NCBI GenBank assembly: GCA_020137815.1
Contig: CM035355.1
Span: forward strand, 7,068,001-7,132,000
Direction: 5' to 3'
Length of the DNA: 64,000 bases
Source: Hormiphora californensis
Taxonomy: Eukaryota; Animalia; Ctenophora
Below are positions 1 to 21,800 of the stretch, piece after piece. A model generated the notes under the pieces. That model was not told the origin of the DNA, made no database searches, and saw only the letters and a program-made list of their open reading frames with translations. The position numbers were made by a program, and so were the translations under genes. Every line of letters starts with the position of its first letter. Within the stretch, counting starts at the first letter, position 1.

Positions 1-1473
1 AGGTTGCGTCCCTGGATCACCACCAGAGCTGTCTTCTCTCTCTGAAGTAGGAGGAGGATTTAGGGATTATTTCTATCCCTCTCTCTCTGGGAAGGGCTTG
101 GTATTTACGAAGCATGTACATAGTGTCAACTGTCAAATCATCGGGTAGCCGGAATATAATAATTATTTTTCATAATTTCCCACGTTTTTAATTAGCTGAT
201 CGAGGAAGTGAAATTGTACCTGTCGGCTGTCTCTGCCGTAAATTTTTTGACAACTCGATGTTTTTTATCGTCAAGAATTTGTTCGGTTAAAGTTACAAAC
301 TCTACTCACTATCCCTTCTTTGCATAAAAGGTGTAAAGTTTCATGAGGCATATAAAATCAGGGTACCTACCGATTGTGGCCGATGGGAGGAAAAGACTGG
401 TTCAGAGGGTCGTGTGAAATCACTTGAATATCTGGTAGATGCTCCCTCTACTGGGTAACTACCATTAAACCTGCAGAAAGATATTGTTGTTTTTCATTGG
501 AATTACTACAATCTCTAAATTTTAAACAGACATCTTACTAAAAATAACCCGATAAAAGTTTGGTGACGCATTCACTGACAGATACGCGAAGCGTGGCAAA
601 CGAAGCATAAGGGGTGATGGCATCACCAAGATAACAATTGGTATATAATAACACTATATTTAATAGAATCTAACTCACCGTGGTAATGATGAGAGTGTAT
701 GCCGTTTTCCGAAGTCTCCTGCCTGGTTTCCAGCTGCCAAGTTGGGATCTGAACCAAACTTGTGGAATACACTTGCACGGAGTCGTTTCGTAGTAGCCAG
801 CAGTCTCTTTTTACTCTGAAAAGGTTTTCAAAAATATAAAGTTGTTAAATTACATCATCAAACGTATACTATCATTCTAAAAGTATGCATACGTTTATCT
901 GATACTCAGTCAGGGCATATCTTCACATGCACAGGTAGGTACTTACAAAGGCAGACTTATCGGTGAGGGAGAGAAGGAAAGAAAAAGAGCAGTCCACAGA
1001 TTGGGGAGATAGGAGATCAACAACTCGAGTTAGCAGTGTCTCTGTATCACAGTCCTTCACCAATAACTGTACAATAGTTGGGGTTTAGAAAGGTTCCGCT
1101 TTAGTAACACACGAATTAAAGAATACTCCAGACAGTCTAGTGAATTGTGGATTCACCCTGCAGGAACCCACTAAAAGACTGGTAAATCATTAACTAATCA
1201 GTTATTAATCGAACTCATATGTACCTGTACAGAACCGAGTATCTGGTCACCATCCCTAAGAAGGAACAAGAGCTTGTCTCGTCGTGAGACCCCACTGAAC
1301 TCTACCTCACTATTCCAGATGGGGTTGGTGCTAACGACGCTGTGAGTGTTTTCCGTCCGATTGGCAACACCACAAATTACATTGGCGGCCGGGGTTATTC
1401 CGGATACAGTTCCCGGAACGTTACGTGCTGAGACAATCTTTATTGACAGACAGTAGTGACTGTCTTTGAACAT
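1..1473 (-). CDS. Multi-exon gene with an N-terminal C2 domain; 3' end lies outside the window
   Basis: Exon 1 (1473 to ~1225) reads MFKDSHYCLSIKIVSARNVP...STNPIWNSEVEF...LRDGDQILGSVQ, which has the C2 NPxWNxxF motif. It splices in frame via GT-AG to exons at ~1066-947 (LLVKDCDTETLL...), ~816-680 and ~470-371. Orthology is not determined. Confidence 0.75.
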
Positions 1474-1659
1474 TGTAGCTAGGAAGTTGTTTGAGTGTTA
1501 GCTGTTGTCTATTTCCCAAACACATTTTTACTCTTTTGTATAAAAAAGCATGCAGATTGCAGGGCGCAGGCTTTGAAGCGAATCATGTAAACTATTTAAA
1601 ACGTAGAACTATCTACCAATCAGCACTACAGGCACAAATGTTCAACAGGTCCGTGACTT

Positions 1660-1870
1660 TCGAGAACAGTCACGACTCACGAAAAGAAAGTCGAAAAGGA
1701 AAAACGGAAAGTCCATTTTTATTCAACTGTTCACCCCTCAACTCGTGCGCGTGCGATATTTTAATTTACGCTGCGCGCGCTACACGCGCTGACTTGTCCA
1801 GCGCGGCGACGTTTTGTTGTGTAAAATTTCGCGCGTTCCATTAATTGCGTCGCGCATTATCACATATGAT
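1660..1870. promoter_or_regulatory. Probable bidirectional promoter between the head-to-head C2 gene and OGFOD3
   Basis: Dense CGCG/GCGCGC cluster in an AT-rich background, between divergent ATGs at 1473 and 2080. Confidence 0.5.
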
Positions 1871-2079
1871 CAAGATAGATATCTCCATTCTCCAAATATT
1901 TTGTCACCTGCTTCCTCTTTTTTCTCGTAAACTTTTAAACTTTTTTAACACACTCTTCTAAACCGTCTCGACCGTTTTGTAAGCGGTTACACAATCCACA
2001 CCACTGTTATTAGTGTACTGTTGTACTGCTATTCAAGTTTTTTCTAATGAAATAAAATTTGATCATTTGCAGACTCAAA

Positions 2080-3940
2080 ATGGCCAAAAAGAGTGTTACA
2101 AAATCACCCAAAGAGGCTCCTCCAAGGTACAGACTGCATTAAAAGTGCTGATATATACAGTTATGAATATGTTTCATATCTTAAAAAGATCCACATGTGT
2201 CGTATTTTCAGCTTAGATCGAAAGTTGGAGCCGGTTATCAACAGTCCTATGCGGATATTTGCCACGTTTTTGATAGCCGGTATTGCCATTTACTACCGGT
2301 TACAGCCCATGTGGAAAGCTGCAGAAAACACAGATGTTATTGCTATGTGGAACAGCACTGTTGGGACGTCGGGTGTGGTGCAGGAATTAAAATGTGCCCA
2401 AAAAACTTCTGAGTTTGATGGTAAGAAACATCTTCTAAATACATAGTACCCGGATCTAATTGACATATTTTGTTGTCCATAGCTAACTACAGGTAAGAAA
2501 TTATCAAAACAATAAAATTCAACTCCAGTTCGTAGGGTGTGATCCAGTGAGATGTGGACGTTATGTGTTGGATAGATTAGTGAGCAAGGAGGAAGCGACG
2601 CAGCTGATAGAGATGGCAGAAAAAGGAATGAAGTTTGGTGGAAGTTCTGGTGGGGTAAGTGTGGAATAAACTCAGTGATTTGTGACGTGATTATATGTAA
2701 TCAACCATCTCTTTATTCAGGCGACTATTTTGGATTTGGATTCTGGAGCCGTTTCAGTTGGAAACAAATTCGCTGACATTCGACTGTGAGTATTCGATCT
2801 GTAAATATCTTGATTCTTGAAATTTGAAATAAGACGATGAACTTATTCAAATTATACTCTTCAGTATTCACATTGTCATCATTTAGGTTGGTCAAAAACG
2901 AAGGAATGGAGCAACTATTTTCTTACGACGAAGTAAAACTTTTCAAAAGTATAAAGAATCGGATTCAGGTGAGTTGAATGATAAAAGAGTACAAAGAACA
3001 TGGTTTAATTCTTGGAAATCATATTTGAATACACACAATTGAGAATGTTGCACTTTATGTGTAGAATCCCAATTCTCTTTTGTAAGACCATCTTTATGAT
3101 GTTTTCCCTAGACCCTAGCAAACCGATATGATATAAATGATATATTCGATTAGCTAACACTTGAAATATCCCCTGATAGGTTGAGATAGAACAAAAGTGG
3201 AAGCTCACTCCGGGCAAGTTGAGGTTAACAAAACCTGTATTCTTCTCCCGTTTAACAGAGAAACGTGCCACCACCATGAACGATGAATACTGGCATGTTC
3301 ATTCTGATACGGTAATTACAAAGGGTCACTATTTACATTCCCAGATAAGAAATCTAACCAAGCCAAACAGTTTGGTTAGGTTTAGATGACTCAAGCCAAA
3401 AGGCAAAGCAAACAAAATGTAAACTGTAAAATGAAACTTGTATGCATACACCAATTTAGACAATATGGAAACGTTTAGTTAGGGCACTTTGTTTTGCACA
3501 CATTTGTGACCCCTCCCCCCTCTAACAGGAACAGTATGATAGATTCCATTACACATCTTTAGTCTACCTGAACACCTACACAGCTGATTTTGAGGGCGGC
3601 AGGTTTATATTTGATAGTCCCAGTCTCAATCACACCGTACATCCCCGGGCAGGTATACTGAGAATTCTGTAGTCCCTTATGGTCATACTGCATTCTTTTA
3701 AATCGAGTCTTTGTCACATTGAAAATCTTATGAAATCTAATCTTTAGAAATGATAGTTCCTTCCTACAATCTGATGGGCCCATCTGATTACCCCCCCCCC
3801 CCTCAGGTCGTGTGAGTGTGTTCACATCCGGAACTGAGAACCCCCATCATGTTGAGCGTGTAACGAAGGGAACCCGTTATGCCATCACCATCCCTTTTAC
3901 ATGTGACCCAGAGTTTGCTATTCCTGACCCTGTGATATGA
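2080..3940 (+). CDS. OGFOD3: 2-oxoglutarate/Fe(II)-dependent oxygenase domain-containing protein 3 (multi-exon)
   Basis: Spliced translation: MAKKSVTKSPKEAPP, a TM segment (IFATFLIAGIAIYY), GCDPVRCGR, GGSSGGATILDLDSGAVS, FFSRL...DEYWHVHSD, YTSLVYLN...DFEGGRFIF, GRVSVFTSGTENPHHVERVTKGTRYAITIPFTCDP. It has the HxD...H iron ligands and the OGFOD3 family motifs. Confidence 0.9.
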
Positions 3941-4583
3941 TATATCCAGGATAGTTAATTGTGATCCTGTGATATTATCTGGCAATGATCTCAGTTCCTA
4001 CTTCCTTTATTAAAAGAACTAGCAGGTACCCTGGTGGTATTTGTCTCCCTAATTTTAGTGAGGTCATTTTCCCTTGAGTGAGATCATCACCTGACGTGTT
4101 TGAAACACGGTGTGTTCCCTCAATTATTTAATTTTAACATAAGATTTAACCGATTTAATCGATTTAAATGCCAATAATAGTTAATTACTCATTATAATCC
4201 GGGATATCTTTACGATGCCGAATGATGGTGTGTCCAACCGGCTTTGATTTGAAAATATTAACATATTCATACACATCATTATGTGATGAATGTAGGAAGT
4301 TTCTTCATTACTCGCGCTTACATTTTCTATTGATTGTTCGATTTGTAAAAAAACCTGACTTGATCTTTCTTCTGTTTGCACTACTTTTATTGAAATTTTT
4401 GAAGGATGCAAGTCACCATCCTTGATACCTTCCAAAAAAAGAGAAAAAAAATCATATTACTTCCCAGGGTCGATAAATCATTTTTTCAGACACCGCGCCT
4501 AGCCATGACACCGATGTAACATAACCTGAGGGGGTCTTTATGTAGACCCCGGTGGCTGAACATGATCCCTTTCCCCGTTTGAT

Positions 4584-5315
4584 ATGTCCTTTATTCGTGG
4601 GTGGTTTGTTGTGCTGTGCACTTTGGTGCTGGTAAGCGTTGCGGAGGATGAATGAATTCCTCGCTGAGTGCGTGTCGTGTATCGAGGGAAACTATCCCTC
4701 GGATGATAAAGGTATGGATGAATGAATATGACCATATTGGTGAAAATGTTATGCAAAAAGAAAAGAGATAAATTAAGGCCCTATTCTTAAAAAAGTTCAC
4801 CTTTAATTCAGTAACCTATCTCTGGAATACTCGACCTTCCAACAATGTCTTGATGTCTTGAATAAACCCCCAGGATTGTGCAGGAAACTTAGCAAGCAAC
4901 GCGTAAGTTTATTATTTTTATGAAGGAGCACGGTAACTGTTTTATGAAGGAGCACAGTAAATGTGTTTTATGAAGGAGCGCTCTTTTCTTTCAGTGGTCT
5001 CAGGTGGCAGGTCATGTCCGACAACTACAACTTCACCCAGCGATCGTGTGGTGCTTCCAATCAGAAAACCTGTGCTCCGACTACACCAGGTACATTCACT
5101 ACACACAAACTACCAACAATTCACCCAAACCTCCCCAAAAAAATCATCTGATTGACTAACAGTTTTGTTTCCCTACTGTAGGAGCGTGGTGTCACCTAAA
5201 GATTCTGAGGACAGTACCGTGCACGTTAAGATTTGCACCGAAGATCTCGTAACTCTGCCTGTCAAGAAGTGTGGCAATTATCATGGTCATGGGAGTGGTT
5301 GCACTATTGTTCTAA
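4584..5315 (+). pseudogene. Frameshifted duplicate of the Ly6/uPAR gene at 23363-24100 (probably an assembly duplicate)
   Basis: Same four exons as the right-arm gene, but with indels and an early TGA. Confidence 0.7.
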
Positions 5316-5472
5316 CGAGAAGCCGATAAAGAACATTCATAGCGAGACGATATATTTTTTAGATGAACTATATTTATAATGATGATTGGATTTTCATAGT
5401 ACAAAAAATGGTTATTTATTTTGTGCATGTGCACAAAAAACGAAAAGGGGGTAAAAAATTCGACTCACATAC

Positions 5473-14798
<9,326 letters not shown>

Positions 14799-15404
14799 TC
14801 AACTATAGCAAGAAGATAAATTAATAGATGATTAGGTACTCAAATGTGATTTTGGAGATTATGTTAAAGGAGGAAAAGAAGGCGCCGGAATAAGGTTTGA
14901 TTCAAAAAGTGTGAACTTTGAAAATGTCTGATATTGACCGGGGATTAATCATGCTCATGGTCTAAACTATTGGGGGTGGCGGGGGAGAGGAGGGAGTAAA
15001 ACACTGGTCAAGTTGATAAATATCGGAAAACAATAGTGTCAATATATAATGGTGAAACTCAACAATATAAATACTAACTTGAAATAAAACCCGTAAAAAC
15101 TTCGTTGCTATGCATCATATTTGGCCAACTAAAGCAGTGATAGCTTGAATATTTTCAAAGATAAATTAAATAATGTACTATGAACTATCATCGTAAAGAT
15201 ATCCCGGATTATAATGAGTAATTAACTATTATTGGCATTTAAAATCGATTATTTTGTTTCCTCTTTAACCTTTTCCTGTCATATTCCCTCAACCTGCATA
15301 GCAACCAGGTGAAGGGAGCAATGTGATAAACCTGCGTGAGGTGTGGTGCTTCCTACTCTCTGTCGTTTCTCAGATCTGAACAGCAAAGGTGAGCAATGGA
15401 AAGT

Positions 15405-15500
<96 letters not shown>

Positions 15501-15892
15501 ATCTCTCTTTCTCTCTCTCGCTTACCCACCTGTGCTGCATAATGTACACACTTTGCACGAACACAAATATAAACACAGGATTGACACTGATCTTGCGATC
15601 AATTGCAGACGACAGTAACCATGCCTTATTTCTGGACAAAAAGATGGCATCTTTATTAGAGAGAAACGAGGAAATAATAATTGTTTTGCAATCTGGATTA
15701 GTTCTTGCATAATACATGTTTCTCTAAATACACATCTCTATTTCTTTCTTTCTCACTCTATGCATCTAAAGATAGATAAAGACTTCAACTAATTTCTTGT
15801 CTAGCACCCCGGCCCTCTCGGGCCCCCTACACCCCCCTACACCCAACATCCCCTTACTCTAAAACCTCTATAACCTCATTTCAATCTCTCAG

Positions 15893-18800
15893 CTACTTCC
15901 CTGAGGGATGTACCCAACAAATGTTGGACGAGTGGATGCCACTGATATGTCCCTCTGATAATATGGCAGGTCGAGGCACCTACTTCCTCTCTCGATTCCT
16001 TCCTGTCAAGTGTGACCCTGATACCAGTTTCCGGCTGTGGTTTAAAGATATCATGGGGCTCACTCAGACTTCCCAGCTGGTATGTGGTGGGATTTGGTAG
16101 TTTAGGAGATGGTTGGTTTTCTCTATTTAGGGTTGGTTTTCTATATTTATATATTGGTGGGTGATTGGTGATTGGTTTATTTGTATGTTAGTTTGTCTGT
16201 ATGTAGTCTGTCTTCATATATCGCACGTCATTGTGCGAGCATATGACGGGTTGATATTATGATATAAACAGTGTAATGGAAAACTTTCGGTCGTCAATTT
16301 ATCAATTTGAGTATAATTCATCCCATCTATTTCCTAATTGTTAGGGCGTGGGTCATGGGATAGAAAACGGAATTTTCACAGGGGTGTGAGCGTGACGGAA
16401 TGGTGTATCTGTGTGTATGTGTGCATTCGATTAATTTTACAACACATGACCGACGAGAGGAACATTTTCGTTTTCTTATTATTTTCTCTCTTTCCAAATC
16501 TCCATATAATATATTAACTCATCCCGAAATTCCCCCATTTATTACGCGATCGTTTTAGCCTGGTGGAGGCATAGGACGGCTTTTCTGGGCCATTAGTCTG
16601 AAGGTACGTGTGAAGAGAGAGAGTGTGTGACATTATACATCCAATAAATTATATGGGGTCACCGGACGCGTTCCATTCCCAGGCTACAACAAAATGACGT
16701 GAAACAGCTGGAGGGGTGAGAAGTGACATGGGAGATGGTGGTGTGGCGCGCGCGTTCCTTAAAATATAGAAAGAGGGCATTGTCAGCATAGCGCTCTGCA
16801 GCCGAAGTCTCAATCGTGCACCTTCTATGCAATTACTGGCACTGCTGCTGCTTTCGCTTTCAGTAATTACTAGTCAGGCGATTACTAATTAATAAGTAGG
16901 ATTAGAATTAACTGATACAGACAAGTGGGCAGCATATATTCTGATGATATTTATCCAATGTAGTAATGTTTCTTCTGTTTCAGAACTTTTTGGCCCTGAT
17001 AACACGGTTGGCGAACTACAACATTGGCAAAATCGATTGGGAACCTTATGTGCCATGGGTGAGTGTATCTCTATCTTCCTCTCTATCCCTCTTCTCTGAT
17101 ATCCCTTATAGCTTAGGAGCCAGGAATAGATCCAAGAGATTGTCCAAGAGACATATTTCATTCATCGTTCTGAACCAACCCCCCTCAGATATTCAGCCAG
17201 ATCTTGTACGATTTCAACCTTCAAGTTGGTGCGAGCCATACCTTCGCTGGACGGCAGATTAGGGAGATCAGAGATAAGAATGGATCAACTAAGATTGAAC
17301 TAATGATACACATGTTGGTACGTTGATGTTAAATAGTTTCTCTAACATGTTTTATAGATTCTCTAACATGACTAATATTCCCACAGGGCGGTAGCACTAC
17401 GAGCGTAATCCTGGATCATCTTGAAATTCTGACCAAAGCGATCGAGAGTTACCTGCACCCCTCCAATAAGGGCAGATGGACATGTAAACTGGTTAACTTT
17501 GTCGGAATCGCCTGTAACCTACTTCTCAAACGTGTTGAATGGTAGGTCGACTGTCCTATTTAGTATGTAATAACGTATGCGATATAATACTATCTGAACT
17601 TAGAACAAATCCTAACACACCCCCTTCCTTCCCCCAGTGAGCGAACTGAACAAGACAGCTGGTTAAAGCAAATCCCAGAATCCCACCGTCTCTCCCAAGA
17701 CGACATCGACCGATTTGTCCGGATCATGCTGCCCTGTGTCCGGTTGACAATGTTCCTAAACAACAATAATTTCCAGCAAGACTACCAATGTTTGGTGGTC
17801 CTTTCTCCAGGAATCATCCTTCCTGACTACACAGAGCGGGCATTTGATAGTATCGAGAGTGTGGTTGAGCACCAGAGGGTGGAGACTGCTATTACATCAT
17901 TCCTCGTGACAGTACGAAGCATGTGTCTCCATGAGCCATCTAAAGAGCATATTGTTCCCCTTCTACAATCCCTCCTAACCACCATCACCTCTAATGATCT
18001 GCAAAAGAGTTGGATTGCCCTGCTAGGATTCTCCTTTGCTTTCTCCATGATTCCAGTGGTTGACTGCTCTCACCTTCTCTCACTGCCCGGTAAACGCAGT
18101 AAAGAAACGGAGAGGGTCTGGAGGTCTACCGGCCAGTTTAAAGATTTGGTTGCCGAGTACCTGGACCGCCTTCTCCTGCTGATCGAAGTTAGTGCTATGG
18201 AGGACACCGGAAGCTCAAATAGTCTGACCCACAAGGCCAAATCACAGTTCCGATCACAGTCAAACATGGCGACAGATAATGCCGCTGAGGGGAGTATCTA
18301 TATGAGCTTTGATGCCCTGGTTAAGAACAGCTCCGATGACATTCGGGATATGATCCTTGATAAGATCTTCCGATTTACAACCACGACCACACTTGAAGTG
18401 AAGATTGCTGGGAAAACATTTGGTGATGCTGTGAGCTGTCTCAGCTACATGTACACGGAAAAGACTTTGAAGAAGTTCCTACCCTACCTAATTAGGGAGA
18501 GTAACTACCTATTGAACGAGGAGGAGGATAAGGGTGATACCGGTAGTGAGCTGCTCTGGAACGTCACAATGATGGCGGCACTACTCCGGGGTCGGGGTGA
18601 TGCTTACCATCCCTATTTAGAGGATCTGATGAGCATCTTTGAGAGGATGTTACAATTCAGGAACTCCACTCAGCTTATTAGTGTTGCGGTCACGGGTATT
18701 AGAACTCTGTTATGCATGTTGCTGAGACCAAGGCCATTGGAGCAGCGGTCTTGCGAAGTGGACTACAACGACAAGAGTTTTGATTTCACATCCACTTGGG

Positions 18801-21800
18801 GCCGAGGTATCGACTCATCAACCCTGAACCTCCAATGGTATGTACCTGGGGAGAAGGAGTATGGAGCAGTCGTGGCCATCTTGGAAAGGTTCGGTGTCAG
18901 GGCGATTAACAACCTAGCTGGGTATGTCAGGGACAATGAGACTGAGAAGACAAAGTTCCAAATTGATCTCCGTGTATTGAGAATGATGCTGAAAGCGGGA
19001 AGGTTGATGCCAATGCTGGGTAATGATCTCACTCCTCTTGCCCCCATCTACACCGAACACCAGCCTGACTGGAAGGAGGGTGACAGGGTGAAGTTCGATA
19101 ACATTTTCTACAAATGTGGCCTGGAATTTGATCACGAGTTACTCCGAAATTTCCGGCTTCGTGCCGCGGAGTGTGTCCAGGGCGTGTACGAGTATTTGTG
19201 TGCCAACTTGGCGGACGACACAAAATCCTTCGAAGAGATTTGTGGGTTGTTCCACGATCTTCTTTCGTTCCGGGGTCACAACACACAGAAAGTAAACAAA
19301 GAATACACGAGATACAAGACTATCAAACAGATGTTGGAGAATAAATTGAGCGAGGGTAAGGGGAAACAGCTGAGAGTTATCACGATTCAGAGACTTTATC
19401 TCCAACAGCAGGCCCGGCAATACTCCCTTATCTACTCCCAATACACGGAACTACACTCCAAGTTCGCCAAGAGCCTCCTGAAGATGTGTGTCAGCAGTTA
19501 CACAGTGGTCAGGAAGACAGCACAGTATCATTTGAAGAAGTGTCTCCCGGCCATCCTTCACTCGCGGTGGTTTGTAATCCCTGAGTTGATAAACTACTTG
19601 AAGCCGGATGAGGGGGTTACACATGAGCAGTTGAAGGGGGCCATCTACACGCTGTCAAATCAGAGGATAGTTAGTTATATCGCCGCTCACTCTCACCTCT
19701 ACAGTCAGGTATGTTGGGGGAAATTGGGGTCGATTAGTCTTTTAGGACCTCATTAGTCACATGTTCATGGAGATGAACGGTCAACGGGGCGTCGTAATGT
19801 TATTGTATTCTAAACTCGAACAATTGACTCACTAACTTGCCTCCGCTAGGTCATGCCGGTGATATGCCGAGCCCAGCATTCTGAGAAAGACAGTATTCTG
19901 GATGCAATTGAACATTTTGTAGACTACTTTATCGAGGATTACCGATCACACAATTTCTCCACCGTGGCTACTCCCTCAACTCTGGAGCTGGCGATCCAGT
20001 TAAATTCTGGGAAAATCTCGGCTGAGAGCATTGCTGTGGGCAACACCATAGCAGATGAAAAAGATGCGATGAGGAAAACCGGTTACTACAAGTATGTTGC
20101 TCCTTCATAAAATCACCTTCTTGGATTTTACTCCTTCATCAAACTATTCGTCTAACATCCAATTATCCAGGTGCCTGGATGAGCTTATCTCCATTCTCCG
20201 GGATGATAAGACCACGTGGCGGTTCCAGGAGAATACCGCCATGGTCATCAAAACTCTCCTCCACCGAGACATGGAGATGAGTGAGGCGTTTGTGAAGACG
20301 ATGTTGGAGTATATCCTTCATGATAGTATTGGAGTTCGATCCTTGGCTATGAAGGTCGTTCAGAAGATTGTCTACATGCAGCGACGAGAATACAAGGTAT
20401 GTGGTCCGGGGGAACGTGGTCCAGGGGAGAAGGGTCGGTGATAATGGGGGACAGGGGAGGGGAGAAGGGTCGGTGATAATGGGGGACAGGGCAGGGGAGA
20501 AGGGTCGGTGATAATGGGGGCAGGGGAGGGGAGAAGGGTCGGTGATAATGGGGGACAGGGGAGGGGAGAAGGGTCGGTGATAATGGGGACAGGGGAGGGG
20601 AGAAGGGTCGGTGATAATGGGGGACAGGGGAGGGGAGAAGGGTCGGTGATAATGGGGGACAGGGGAGGGGAGAAGGGTCGGTGATAATGGGGGACAGGGG
20701 AGGGGAGAAGGGTAGGTGATAATGGGGGACAGGGGAGGGGAGAAGGGTAGGTGATAATGGGGGACAGGGGAGGGGAGAAGGGTAGGTGATAATGGGGGAC
20801 AGGGGAGGGGAGAAGGGTCGGCGATAATGGGGGACAGGGCTTCGTGACACACTGAATCATATTCGTACACTGATCTACAAAATATTAGTTTTCAACAGAA
20901 TTGTTGAATACGGAGTTTTGACCCACCCCTTTCCCAGGATACCTTTGTGGATCCCTCAACGTTTCCCAGTGACGGTGACGGACCCAAAGCGGGTGACAGG
21001 CCTTCCAATGCGTGGCTGCAATACCGGGAAAACGACCTCCCTGACACGGAAGAGAAATACCGGGACTGCATCTTTGTTGACAAGCCCCACTGGGGTTATA
21101 ATCAGTGGCCAAAACAACTGAAAGTGTGCATTGAGATTGATGAACATGTTGGGGAGGAGGGACGGATGTCACCAATCGATAAAATAATTGTGTCCTAGTA
21201 AGTGTTTCTTATCCCCATGAATCCCCATGAATTGGCGATCCCTTGCAAAACTCCCATCCTTTCAATCTCCCCCACAGTTTCAAAGACCCTAATTTTGTAG
21301 GAATGTTGTCCTAAAACTCTCAATCTCCCCCACAGTTTCAAAGACCCTAGTTTTGTAGACCGCTACATCAAGTTGTACTCGCTAGAAGATAACAATGGCT
21401 CAGAGAAGGTGTGCACAATTAGGAGGCAACTGTACAGGGACCTTTTCAGAAACTACGGATGGAGTCTTTTGAGTACGTACTACGTTTAGTCGGGTTCCGA
21501 ATGTGTGTGGGAATGTTTTCCAAACTAGGATTCTTGTAAATTTGTAAAGTTACAATCATAATCATAATCATAATCATAATTTAATTCTTGCTCTGAACTC
21601 ATTATTCAGAATACTAATCATAATGGGATCATAATAGTTAATACACGGTATTTTATAAATTCTGACGAGGTCTTGTTTCCATCAGGTTATTCAAACCAAA
21701 GATAGAGGAGTTTGTTGGGGAGAAGACGGAGTCACATCATCGTTTTGCTGCCGAGCTGATAACCTCAATAACACGGGGCTCCAAACACTGGACCTTCTCA

